64,000 nt of DNA from assembly GCA_907165135.1 (NCBI GenBank), contig OU015568.1, positions 16,937,208 through 17,001,207 on the forward strand, read 5' to 3'. Positions 24,303-36,077 of the stretch are shown piece after piece. The DNA comes from Oikopleura dioica (lineage: Eukaryota; Animalia; Chordata). Within the stretch, counting starts at the first letter, position 1; each line of letters begins with the position of its first letter. The translations under genes and the position numbers were made by a program. Under the pieces are notes generated by a model. That model did not search any database, was not told the DNA's origin, and was given only the letters and a program-made list of their open reading frames with translations.

Positions 24303-24327
24303 CTAATTTTGGAAAAATGAAGAATGT

Positions 24328-24441
24328 AACGTAACAAAAAGGTTTTCGTTAGTATGGAACGTAACAAAAAGGTTTTCGCTAGTATGGAACGTAACAAAAA
24401 GGTTTTCGCTAGTATGGAACGTAACAAAAGGTTTTCGCTAC
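24328..24441. repeat. 30-bp tandem repeat, ~3.8 copies
   Basis: Unit AACGTAACAAAAAGGTTTTCGCTAGTATGG repeated head to tail at the host/accessory junction. Confidence 0.92.
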
Positions 24442-24899
24442 AATGTAACCGAAAAAAAGGATAGATGAAAATCTTGATTTTTCTCATTTCTTTGCATAAT
24501 TCCTAATTTGCAAAAATAGATTTTTGGAAAAAAAGAGAAAAATTCCAATTTTGTATATAAAATTCCAAAAAAAGAAAAATTAAATTATGGAAAAAAAAAC
24601 TGGGTTTTCGTAGGCCGGTAGGCCTTCTGCGCCTGCTATGTTTTTTTGCCCTAGGGAACCTGTTTATCATAGCTTAATATCTGTGTCTAATAATTCACTA
24701 TTATTCTGACACTTATTTTCCGCGTCATTTTATTACAGATAGTTGTTGACAGGCTCAGTTTTCCGCATTGTTTATCATTGTCGTATTGTCTCCGCATGTG
24801 TTCAATCTCTATTGCTTGTTGTTATTTTGTGTTTATTTTTTGTTAATGTTACCTTAGTTCTCCATTAGTGGCATGATAACTTCGATTTCACCTGCCCAT

Positions 24900-26123
24900 A
24901 GGGCATCCATCAATTTCAATTTTTTTTTGAACTCATGTAGAAGTCCAACTTGCGTCTTTCGTTCTTCAAGTATTCGTGCGAGATCGTCGTCGTTTATTCC
25001 GATACGTGCAACCTAGAACTTATTTTTGTCGTGTTACAGGTGTATCATACCGTAAGGAGTGTCATCCACGAAGAATATGCCTCATTTAGTCTTGACATCA
25101 GACCTTGTAAACATATTACAACGCTGGCTGGCGTCACAGTTTCTTCACCGTTCACGTATCTATTCAGCTGCACAATCGTTGCATCTGCATATTCATGGAA
25201 TCGAACAAGTACATCGAAAGCTTTTTCAGAGTTCGAAATTTACGCGGCTGCCGTTCGCATCAGAGAGTATATACGGCTGCAAGTGTTAGGATTAAACGAA
25301 TTGACGTTTATGTTTAGCCGCGGAAATATTCTCATGGTGCCGGTGCCTGTTTCGTTTTGTGCAAATGGTGCATTTCGAACTATTACTGGCAGTGAGTTGT
25401 GAACTTCTGTTTTCCATGTTTCCATTTCTCAGTCTTAAAGTTTTTCTATCTGTTTGTTGGTCTATTAATATCCTGTTGCAAGTATGTTCCATGTAGTATT
25501 TCTACTGAAACGAAAGGATACAGTTGTACTTTTACTACAGTAAGTGGCGACTTTATAATGACTTGAATTTGAACTTTTTCAATTTTAGCCGCTTCTCCGG
25601 TGTAGGTTGAATTTGTCGCATTCTTTTTATTCCTTTTTCTTCACGACCAAAGTTACCTTGGGTGGTATTGTCCGAGCCATCTTGTGTCTCGTCGTTTTGT
25701 GGTGCGCCTTAAGTTTCTTTCGCTTGTTTTGTCTATATATTTACCTAAGTCCGCGTGGTTTTCAACAGGCGTTTCTTGGACAACATTTGGCGTCGCTGAT
25801 TTTATTTTATCCAATTATTTCTAAGTACGTCTGTTACCTGAGCCTTCTGGATCTCGGACTTCGTTTTCACCCGTTGGAGCCGATTCTACAGTATCCATGC
25901 GTGTGATGAAAGTGATATCACTCTGATGGAACTTCGTCAGCTGATTACAATCTGGCTCTGGACACCGAAAAACTGGCGGATGTTCTCCTCTTGGGTTGTA
26001 ACCTTCTTGATGGTGGCCTTTTATGGTTCTTATTGTACCGTTTAGTGTATCTATGATTCTCCTATTATTTTGCGGAAAATCCGCAGATTTTTTCACTGAA
26101 AATCCGCGGGAATTTTGGCTCAA
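24900..26123 (-). pseudogene. Orphan multi-exon gene remnant(s) with an in-frame stop
   Basis: ORF 25240-25425 continues in frame past TAA (RTAAA*ISNSEKAFDVLVRFHEY...MTLLT then GT donor). Upstream exon has FRCPEPDCNQ. Confidence 0.35.
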
Positions 26124-26479
26124 TGACGAGTGATTGGCCTGCTTGATTGAAAAAAGAGGCGGAGAATCACGGAAAATAACTTCAATACTGATTGCGTTTA
26201 ATTTCTAAGGTTTAGATGAACCTTGCCTGTGATACAGGTTAAGCAGCAAATATGCTTGCAGTGGAGATTAAGAACTTCTCGTCGAAATTCCTTGTCCAGT
26301 TCCTTTTTGCAAACGTTGCATATATTCAAATCCGTGTAAAATCGATTCATATTGTTCTGAATTTTATTTGTATCAACGACTTATATGTTTCGCCGCGGCA
26401 GTTAGCTACAGTTTAAATATTCGCGTTTAACAGTTATTACGCTTAATTACAGTCACCGCATGAGTTTTCAGATTATTAA

Positions 26480-26929
26480 TTTCAGTTACTCCTCCGCATT
26501 TGATTGTTTCTTTGGTGACTTTTCCTCCAAAGCTTTGATTAAAGTCCGTCCCTCTTCCGCCATCTTTTTCATCTTATCCCATGCAACCATTACTTCGTTC
26601 ACTGGGTGTCCGCTTTCATAAACCATTTCTTTGATTTCGCTTAAGCCTTTCGGTTAAGCCGTAGTTAAATGATTGTTCGCTTACCTCATAGTATTGCGAG
26701 CCATCCCTTTTACATACGCGTCCATGAGTTCTCCATTGAAATAGACTTGCTTTTTCTGCCTTTTAAGCCCGAATTTCAATTGCTCCATCATTTTTTCCTG
26801 TTCTTTTGTCATGCAATGTTTATTACATTTCATTTCCTCCAACTTTACGATGATGAGCTTGAGCTCATCTTCATCTTTTTTGATCAATCCTTCTTCGACT
26901 CCTTTTTTCGCGAGTTTAATTCGTTCCAT
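26480..26929 (-). CDS. Orphan charged protein
   Basis: MERIKLAKKGVEEGLIKK...MARNTMR ends at a gtaagc donor; a downstream exon reads EMVYESGHPVNEVMVAWDKMKKMAEEG. Confidence 0.35.
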
Positions 26930-27044
26930 TGGGAATCGGTCAATCTAAACTATTTTTCTTATGTTTCACTATTTTTTATTAAAGGATAAAGGTTTATTTT
27001 ATAAAAATATAAAAAGAGAATGTTTCGTCTAATCTGAAAAGTAT

Positions 27045-29143
27045 TTAAGATGATTTCAGTTTTTTTAAGAATTGGGGTACAGGATCTCCATTTTTCTCGC
27101 AAGTTTTTATTAATTCTGCCGCGTGTTTCTTGTCTTCTGATGATATGAGACTGATGGCTCTACAGTTTTTCGTTTCGTTGACTATTCGTTCGATTCTATA
27201 CAATATTTGTAATACCTAAATACTGTGGACTTTTACTTACTGATGATTGTAGTCTTTTACTTTAATTGGCAATTCGATATTGAAAATAATGTGCACATTT
27301 ATGATTGGAAGACCTCTCGCGATTCCTTGTGTTCCGACGATCATGCACTTTTGTTTTGTCTAATGATATTTTTACGCTACGTCTTATGAAAGGACGAATG
27401 TTATACATACCATGAGTTCTTGGATTGTTTGATTTCGGTCGTGTTGATTTTTACCTCCGTGGATTGTCATGACTCTGTGTCCGTGTGTGTTGAGAATTCC
27501 TGCGATAATTTCTGCATATTCTCGTGTGTCTGTCAGAATGAGCACTTTTTTGTCTCTTATTTGATCGCAAATTTGTATTGCTCGACTGGCTCTGTATATT
27601 TGTTCTATATGTTCGAAGCTTTGTATTGTTCGAATTAGGGCTGGCAAAGTTGTTAACCTGGTCAAATGGCCTTGACAGCTTTTGGGGTCGGCAAGCCACC
27701 AAGCGATTGTAGGTGGTGATGGGTGGGTTGAGGAGAGAATCAGAAATTTAATTGAAAAAGCTCATCATTTTCACTATTATTTTCGAACCAGCTGGTCATC
27801 GTTTTTATACTCTTTATTTCTCAACTTTATTACTGAGTTACACCTGTTGCCAGTCCTAATTCTGACCAGAGGTGGCCATTCGGGCAAAAAATCGTCTCCT
27901 AGCCGTTCTGAGCCGAGAAATTCAAACTGTCCGGAAAAGCTGCATGACAGTTGGGCAATAATTTTCGATTTGAAGTGAACAGAATCGTGGATAAAAATTT
28001 CGATAGATAGGAGCATGAGGGTAAATATAGTTCAAACTTAGGAATTTTCTTTGGCTGCAGCTTGACTTTCTGTCCGAAATTGCTTAAATTCCCGAAATGC
28101 CCCTTTCTGCCAAATTTTAGCCGTCAGTTTACATGCCGAACACATTTTGCCTTTAAATTACCCGGTGTCGCTGCTCGAATGGTCAACTCTAGTTCGGACG
28201 CTTGTCTGTTTAACGACACCTATCGACAAAAAGACATAGTTTTCTTTAAGGAATCTTGTCGCTTGTTTTTGCAACAATTCATCGAATGTAGATGAAAAGA
28301 TTGCTGTTGTTCTGTCATGACCTTTCCTCTGTCGTAGATACCAGTTGATATCGTTTAGATCTTTATCGAGTCCTTCATCTATCATACAATCCGCGTTATC
28401 CAGAATGAAAAATCGACAAGCTTCGCCGTCAATAACCGCTTCTGATAGCAGGAATTTTATTCGACCCGGAGTACCGATCACGATGTTGCATCCTTCATTG
28501 ATTTTTTTGACTTGTTTTTGAATACTTAATTGAATAAAAATTAAATAAAAATGTCGTTTATACTCTGTTCCACCGCAGACAAGGATCGGAACAATTCCAG
28601 TGTTTTCACAAAACTTGCAGCTTTCACCATATAATTGTGCCGCGACTTCTCTTGTTGGTGAAATAATGATGCAGTCGACTCTTCCGTTTGTGTTAATGAT
28701 CCGTTCTTTAGTATTATTTTTCATTAAATAATTAATAATTGGAATCATCATTGCAGCAGTTTTTCCTGATCCGGTTTGTGCGGTTGCCATCATATCTGTT
28801 CTTTCTGCCAAGATTTTGAATGCGTATTGTTGTATTGGGAAGGGCTGGGCGTATTTCATTCCCCGCAAATTCTCTTGAATTTCTCGGCAAAGATGCATGT
28901 CTTCGAATTTTTCCGCATAGTATTGTTCCGCGACACTTTTAATCTTTCTTTCACTCAGGTCGTATTTCGTGATATTAATTGGGATAGTGTTGAGCTGTGT
29001 CATGGTTCTCCTTTCTATTTCGGCATCTGGTGTCTTAATTTGTTAACTCATGTGTGTCCAACCGAACTTACATGTTTTTGCTTTGAGGTCATTGACATCG
29101 TGCTGGAATTGTTTTTCGCGGATCTATTTAGTAGTCTGTTCAT
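27045..29143 (-). pseudogene. Vasa/DDX4(DDX3)-like DEAD-box helicase with degenerate ATPase motifs, interrupted by a hAT-like MITE
   Basis: INITKYD, FEDMHLC...PFPIQQY, DMMATAQTGSGKTAA, SPTREVA, GGTDIQKQ..GCNIVIGTPGRI, motif II DNAD (28389-28400), SST, IHGGKNQHDR, ARGLP, motif VI YRIERIVN (27177-27200), RAISL...VPQFL. Confidence 0.85.
27636..28191. mobile_element. hAT-like MITE, 556 bp, imperfect 8-bp TSD, inserted in the DEAD-box exon
   Basis: Ends TAGGGCTGGCA... and ...GGTCAACTCTA; flanks GTTCGAAT (27628-27635) and GTTCGGAC (28192-28199). Removing it restores KQTSVRT-IQSFEHIE in frame. Confidence 0.78.
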
Positions 29144-29277
29144 CTTAACATCGTAATAATTAGTTAATCAATTATTACAAAAGGTGGCAGTAAGAAATTC
29201 CTTCGATTGGCAGGCAAAACAATTACATTCGCTTTTTGATCGTGAATAGATTGGTCGGGTTACTACAGTCGCGGGCC

Positions 29278-30584
29278 TTAAGGAAACATTCTATTGCTTC
29301 TCCCTTTGCTTCCTGCATTTCGATTCGGCCTTTTTAGGGTTTTCAAATTGGATACTTTATTTTTCTTTTCAATTTCAAGTCCCTTGCCTATTAACAAATC
29401 GTAACGTTTTTTAAGAGAATCATTGTTTTCCGCACTTTTGACTTTATCTAGCAATTCTTTTACTTCTTCCGCTTTTTTTTTCCATAATTCTGTCGCTAGA
29501 CGTAAGTTCTTTATTTTTTCTTTCTTGATTTTGTTAACGTCATTTTTTAATTCTTTTCCATCGCTCTTCATTCTAAAGTTCTATTGTTGATTCTTTCGCA
29601 CACTTAGGTTGATAGAATAAAGTTGATCAAACACCATAATTTGTCGCACAAATATTCAATATTGGTTTTTATTTTAAATTTTTGACGTTTTATTTGCCGC
29701 GTATTTTTTTTTCAGAGACATACGAGCCGTTTAAGTGGATTTGAAGTGGTCATCATCGATCGTGCTGTAGATATGCCCTGTAATTTATTTATGAATCGTT
29801 TCTGTTTTATTTTACCATTGTTTGAAAGTTCATTGAGAATCTGGCGCAACTCCGCTTCTTCGAGGCTAAGGTGGCCAAAATCATGGATGACATTTGCTCC
29901 TTGTTCACTTTCGTTGCTAGTTGAGTGTTTTTATCTAGTGAATTTGAAAATTTCATACTTGATCACCACAGCTAGAACATTTCCGGTTCGTTGGGAGAAT
30001 TCGTTTGAGGCGAATGGTTTTGGTGGCGACTTAGAATCTTTATGTCTTGTTACATTTTATACTTACCTTTTTTGGTTCTTCCTTCACAACTGTGTCATTC
30101 GCTGCTTGTAATACAGTGAAAATAGCTTCTAGCATGAAGCAGCTCATCACTGATTGGTAATCCTCCTTTATTAACCGGATAACATTTACTACGACGATTG
30201 TGTTGCCTATAAATTTTTATTTTTGTTATTTTCTTTTAAGCATACCGTTTTTATTCAGTCGTATTTTCCCAAAAACTTTCACCGCATCGTCTCTTTTTAC
30301 TTCCGTTAGTCTATTTACGTCGACGAATTCATAGGTGCCTGTTCCGTCGTCAACAGTAATTAACCGCACTGGTATAGTGTTTCGCTCGGCCTCCTGAATG
30401 GCATAAAGCTTTGTACAACATTAAGTTTGAACCTTGACAAGTAATACGCGGCCGCAAAAACAGCTACTCCTATCTTCAATTGTGTTTTTGCAATTTGATG
30501 TTGACCCTCTTTGTCGACAATATTCGGTTGTTTGAGAGCCGCGATTGTCACGTGAACAATTGTTTCTGGTATTCCCTTGTTCAT
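29278..30584 (-). CDS. Two or three short orphan genes (coiled-coil ORF 29278-29571; ORF 30360-30584)
   Basis: ATGs at 29571 and 30584 are each preceded by acceptor-like tttaga / tttaaga. Lys/Glu-rich heptads; no domain recognised. Confidence 0.35.
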
Positions 30585-30602
30585 TCTTAAATTTATTTCA
30601 GA

Positions 30603-31259
30603 ATGTTTGTTATGGAAATCTCTCCCGCCGATGCTAGTGAATTAATTTCTCATGTCCGTGAGAAGATCGCAGCCGATAATAAGAAATTTCTGGCTAACGT
30701 GGAATCTTCCAACTTACTGGATGTTCTATCAGATGAGTCCCGACAAGTTTATCTCAAATTGATGACTACGGAGACACACTCTACTTCAGACAGCTTCGAA
30801 TCCGCGCCTGATAATGTTGGTACCGAGAATGGTAATATTTCTTTCGATAAAATGAATTGTTATGTGTATGTTTAGATCTGTCTTCGTCTAAAGATGGCAC
30901 CGTTTTGTCTTTTGCCGCTTCGGAACGTATGATATTTTTCTTTTTTAAACAATCATCATTATTTAGATTCTACCCAATCTTCCCCGCGTAAATCACCATG
31001 CTGCCGCGAATATGAATTGGCTATGATAAATGATGGTTTTGAGGGTCCATGGACCGATGGAGTAGGACCGTGTCAATTTCATTTTCATATGTATAAAAGC
31101 TGGCATGAGTCCATTAAGAAGGCGGAAGCCGCGAAGGCATCGAAGAAGACTTTCCCAAAGAAAACTTTTGAGTCTCGCTACGAAGATTTCTACGATGACT
31201 ATGATGATTATTTAAGTCAATTTGGGGCTGTTTATTCTCAGGGTTCTTCTGATCAATAA
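30603..31259 (+). CDS. Orphan plus-strand multi-exon gene
   Basis: tttcagaATG start, ORFs 30603-30875 and 31017-31259 (GPWTDGVGPCQFHFHMYKSW...DDYDDY) with GT-AG junctions between them. Confidence 0.4.
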
Positions 31260-31444
31260 ATTACTTACTTGAAAAATTGCTGTGCTCAACTTTCAGTTAT
31301 AACCAGCTGCTAATTTCCGCGGCAATTTTAACAGCTGGATACGATTGGCGATAACAGTCTGAATAAAATAAGGTCAAAATAGAGTCAAAAAATTAAGTAT
31401 TATTTTTGAACTCATTGTTTCAATCAAGTTCAAGAATTGCTTTT

Positions 31445-32281
31445 TCAATTGTCTGGTTCGATATTTTCTTTCTCGATCGCATAGATTTCTCCTAACACTT
31501 GAGTGTGCATCGCTGCATAATGTCTACGGATCTCATCTCGTCGATTTGAAATCTTCGTACATTCTTTGTCGGGGCATTTGTACTTTCTAGTTGATTTTTA
31601 TAATCGATCTGTTTAATGTGTTACCTTTCGGTTGAGTGGAGGGCAATATGTGAATCAAGGTCCTTCTTCGTATTTGTTTTAAATTCACATCTGCTTTGAT
31701 CTTCTTTTGTATAATCGCATCCATAAGGTTTCCATGACAAATGAATTCTCGCATGGGTAGTCACAACGGAAAGTCTTTTGTTGTTGATTTTGTTTTCACA
31801 CTTATCATAGAGGCAGTGCCAATTTGGTTTACAGATCGGATCACATCGTCTTTCGAAGTGAATTTTCTTTTTCTCCTTAACTTACTCTTAGAAATTTGAC
31901 GGATGTTTCCTTGTACCCATTCAATATATGCTTTGGTTCCACTGTCGTTTTTCTTTGTGACTATTTTGTGTTCTTCCGCGATGTGTTTATCGAGAATTTT
32001 TGTACACTGAAATGTCATCCCGCAGCATCCGCATTTACAGCTAATTACCACGGAAGTACTCTGAATTTACTGCGATACGAAATTGAAAAGAGTTTATGTC
32101 TTACCTTTCTTGTCTGTTCGATCTCGATCACATCCCTTTCCTTGATTTGTTTGTTTTTTCTAGTTCCATTCACTTCTTTAAGTTTGTTTTCCACTTTCTT
32201 ATTATTCCCGAGGAGAGGCTGATTTGGTGATATGGTTACAAGTGGGTGGTTTTCAATGCAATCATAAGTTCCGACAAACAT
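31445..32281 (-). CDS. C2H2 zinc-finger protein (about 4 fingers)
   Basis: CGCCGMTFQCTKILDKHIAEEH; HCLYDKCENKINNKRLSVVTTHARIHLSWKPYGCDY...CEFKTNTKKDLDSHIALH; YKCPDKECTKISNRRDEIRRHYAAMH. 5' end uncertain. Confidence 0.78.
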
Positions 32282-32485
32282 CTGAGGCGCGTCTTTTTTC
32301 CATTCTTAATAGTTATGATGATTTTCAGCCTATATTTCTGCATATATTATTGAGTTGCAGGCTTCCCAGTCATCTATTTGACACAGCATCAACGACTTTA
32401 GTTGCGTTTGTTCCCAATTTATCGTGAAACTAATGATATTTGTTATAATCTGTTTGTGTTAAGGTGATTGCCTTCGAAACGTATC

Positions 32486-32602
32486 GGGTGAGGCCCATTA
32501 GGTGTAAATCCCATTAGGTGTAAATACCCATTTAGTGTAATTTTCTAGAAGGTGTAACACACCTAATAGATATTTACACCTAATGGGTATTTACACCTAA
32601 TT
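32486..32602. repeat. Left TIR of the MULE, made of CCCATTAGGTGTAAATA-type repeats in both orientations
   Basis: Three forward units, a central TTTTCTAGAA, then about three reverse units; matches the reverse complement of 41297-41413. Confidence 0.9.
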
Positions 32603-33089
32603 GTTCAATATTTTTCAAAATTATTTTGTAAAAAAGGGATCGACACAAGCTGTCACACATTCTCGACGACCCCCCAACGAGCATTTTTTTTTGGAAAAAT
32701 ATTTTTTTTTAATTCTTTCTAAATTGCACTCAAGAAACAAAAAACATCTTTTCGAGCAATTTTCGAAGTCAAAATTTGAAAATCGCGCGCTATCGATGAG
32801 TAATCGTGACAAGCTGAAGCGTTTCGTCATTTGCGCTCAATGAATTATCATTTTTCTTTCCTTTTTCAAACGAGAAATCTTTCTGCGAAATATGTTTTCT
32901 TGCCGACGTTTATTTAGCTGAAGTTTAATCTATTTCCTGCAATTTTTTCTGATAAATTTTTATATTTAAAACTAACCCGTAGGACCTTTAATGGTACCTT
33001 TTTTGATTACAGATAGATGATCAAATGTATATTCACAAAAGAGAAGAAGAATTGAAGCTTAATGAAAACAGCCCGGCTGAAAAATGATG

Positions 33090-33930
33090 AGTCCAGGAGC
33101 AGAAGAGAGATGCTACTCCGAATCAAGAGGAAAGTTAATATTCGCAGAAAAAGGAAGACCAGTTCATCAAATCGTTGAGAATCTCCCTCGACCGCTGACT
33201 CATGAACTTGAGGTAATCTTTTAGAAGGGATTTTTGAAAATAAATTGTAAAATTCTAGCGTCGAACGCGAAATCCAGGCGGCGCTGATGACCAATTCCTC
33301 GAGAGCACGAACGTCTGTCACGAAGAACTTTCCTTCGCGGAAAATGTCGACCATTTTTGGCAAAGTTTTGAAGCCGATCCACTCGCTTTCTTGGGACCCG
33401 TTCAGCTCGCTTCTGGCGCTGAGTTCGAAGAACGCGACTTTTGTCTAAATCTGGGACTCGGATCGAGAAGAACTTGTTCAGCGACAAGTTGGAGCTTCTT
33501 GTGTTGCCTTCGTCGGATTTAGTAACTTGGGAGAGAAACTGGTCGTTTCTGAAAGCGATTCTATCGCCATTTTTAGGTAAAACTGCGCTCAATTTATGAC
33601 CAATAAACTGTTCTTTAAGCTGCGTAACCTGGACAAATGAAGGAACCTGGTGCAATTTGGAAGGCCCTGCTTTGAACGTCTGTTGGTCACATGACGATCA
33701 AAAGATCATTTTCGCCATCAAAAACAAGGCAAGTGCTCCGTCCATGTTTACGATTTCTCACCCTCATTTTAGATCTTCATCGCGTCTTTCGAAGGAATCA
33801 TGGGCCCGGACGAAGAAGCTCGCGAAATCGAAGGCTTCGAACGCGACGTCCTCCAAATGTCCTGGCATAATCAACGCCTCGCAGTTGCGGTTGAGGGGCT
33901 CAGCGATACGCTTTTGTACTCGAAAGTAAA
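33090..33930 (+). pseudogene. AAAS: Captured WD40 fragment resembling Aladin (AAAS), introns retained, premature stop
   Basis: KPIHSLSWDPFSSLLALSSKNATFV*IWD, CVTWTNEGTWCNLEGPALNVCWSHDDQKIIFAIKNK and RDVLQMSWHNQRLAVAVEG follow the AAAS repeat order as recalled. Confidence 0.62.
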
Positions 33931-34017
33931 TAACTGAATAAATCTCTGTTTCTGATTATGTTTATTTAAGAAAAAGAAGTACTGGAAAGTAAAATCTTAC
34001 AGCTGGTTCGCCAAACA

Positions 34018-35883
34018 TCAGGTACCAATCATTAATTCGCCAGTGGATATGCACGCTGCCAAATTTAGTCGTAAATTTTTGGAGCTCTCCTTGAGTTTTG
34101 TTGAATAGTTCTCCAGATTTAGGCACACGATGAAAAATAATCCATACGCCACATTAATGCCGCAGTCCATGTATTTTTGTTTTGGGCATTTTTGATATAT
34201 AGGAGCCCAGTCCTTTTCGTCTTCTTCGAATACTTCAAGAAACACTTAATTAAATTTCCAATTGCGCTTATGATACGGTTAATTAATCTAATATTTTTTG
34301 AAATTTGCCTTGATAGACATCTCCATAATCTTCGAAATTCAAAGAGTCGTAAATTGTAAATATTTTTTCCTCTCTATCCGCCTTGACAATTATCCAGTGT
34401 CCAACTCGACCAGGGATAAAGACAGGGCAAACAAATCGTTTTATTTCTGATGGATGATAACCAGTACCAGCAAAATTTTTTCCTTGAAAGACCATTTGTG
34501 AGAATTTCGTGTCTTCAAGAATAATATCATTAGTTTGGTGTTGCTGTTGGTAATGTCTCATAATGATGATAAACAAGTCCAGAATTTTGTCTTTTGTTTC
34601 TGTTCGAAGTTTGTAAAGTGGCAACAGATCTCGGACGCGAACTTCCTCCTTTTCTATTAAATTGACCAGCTGTCCTTCAGGCCATTTTTGTATATTTTTA
34701 GCGATATTTTCTGCTTCAAATGACATCTTGTAGCCATTAAACTTTTCAAACTTGAAAGTTGGAGTTTTGAACATTTTTCTATCAAGCTCGTTTTCGTAAC
34801 TCATTGCATTTTCAGATTCCTCAAGAAGAATGGAATTGGACGATTCATCGTTGTTTGTTGCTGACTTAACTTCTGTGTATTCCGCGGCTTCTTCAAGGAC
34901 ATCAATACGACGCTTTTCTTCCTTGATTTCATCTGTTTTCCTCACAAAGGCGCCGCTATGCTCGCCCATTGCTGGAAGGTTCTCTTCGTTGATTTCATGA
35001 CCAGGTGAGCCCTTTTTCTTTTTTGCGTTTTCTTCTTTCTTTTCGACCAAATTGAAATTCATTCCAGCGAGAAAAGTCTCAAACACTGGATTTCTGCGAT
35101 CCAGGTCACAAAGGAACTTGTCAAGTGCGTCTTTTGAAGAGAGTAATCTTTTTGCCTCGGTCGACGCCCCTTTTAGATCTTTTGAAGTCGATATTACAAG
35201 CTTTTTCAGCTCAGCATGGCTTATTTTTAGAGGCATGGAAGAAGACTGTCGATCCAACTTTCGATAGAATCGTTGCATAGCGTTAAATTTAACCATCCAT
35301 GTTGTACCAGTTTTTTGCGTTGTTTTTATTGGCCATTTTCCATCTTCAAGATAGCTCAACTCATCGTTAAACGTCGTTTTCTTGCGATTTGTGATCACTT
35401 TGCAAAGCTCTTGAACATCAGGCTTAGACTGCAGACCGCGCAAGAGTCGTGCATTTACACTCTCGCTTAATCTTGGTTCATCGTTGATTTCAAAAGTTAA
35501 TTGATATTTTAGAAACGAGTCAAGCTGTTGTTGTCGCTGGTCATGAAGCTGATGAGAAGCGCTGCTCAATTCGAATAAAAATAGAGAGACCGTGGTCGAA
35601 ATCATGGAGAAAAATTTAGGTAAAAAATGATCAAACCAAGCCTGGCGTTATTAGTGCTATCGATTTCCCCAGTTTTGATCATATTGGATGATTTATCGGC
35701 CCATTCACTAGGCTTGAATGTGGCGTCTTCGTTGAAATAGTTCTTGAGGAGGTAGTCGCGATAAGCAATCCATCCATTCTTCTTTTTCTTCTTTTCGCCG
35801 TCATCAACATCCACCTTTTCTTTCGCGTTTTCGTCATCATCAACATCCACCTCTTTTTTCGCGTTTTCGTCATCAACATCCAT
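34018..35883 (-). CDS. Ulp1/C48 SUMO-type cysteine protease (element-encoded)
   Basis: 440-aa ORF ending FVCPVFIPGRVGHWIIVKADREEKIFTIYDSLN, plus a last exon CPKQKYMDCGINV, giving the His-Asp-Cys triad and the oxyanion Gln. Confidence 0.85.
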
Positions 35884-36077
35884 CGACTCAACAGCATTAC
35901 CGTCGATTTCAAGATTTTTTTGGCACTCTTCTGTGATGATTTCGATGAAAACAGCCCGAAATTCATCTTGTCCAACAGGGAAATAAGGCGCAGAATACAG
36001 ACAATTCCTTATTGATTTTATAAAATGAAATTAACTGACTTTCACAATACTAATCCCCCTTTTAGAAACCCTCAACG

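Noticed and set aside
24328-24441. 30-bp repeats as a CRISPR-like array
   Set aside because: Units are head to tail with no unique spacers, the context is eukaryotic and no cas genes are present.
24281-24487. ORF with LLRSILAKTF repeats
   Set aside because: Merely the translation of the 30-bp tandem repeat in intron-like sequence.
33221-33655. Minus-strand 144-aa ORF inside the MULE
   Set aside because: It is the antisense shadow of the plus-strand WD40 (AAAS-like) fragment.
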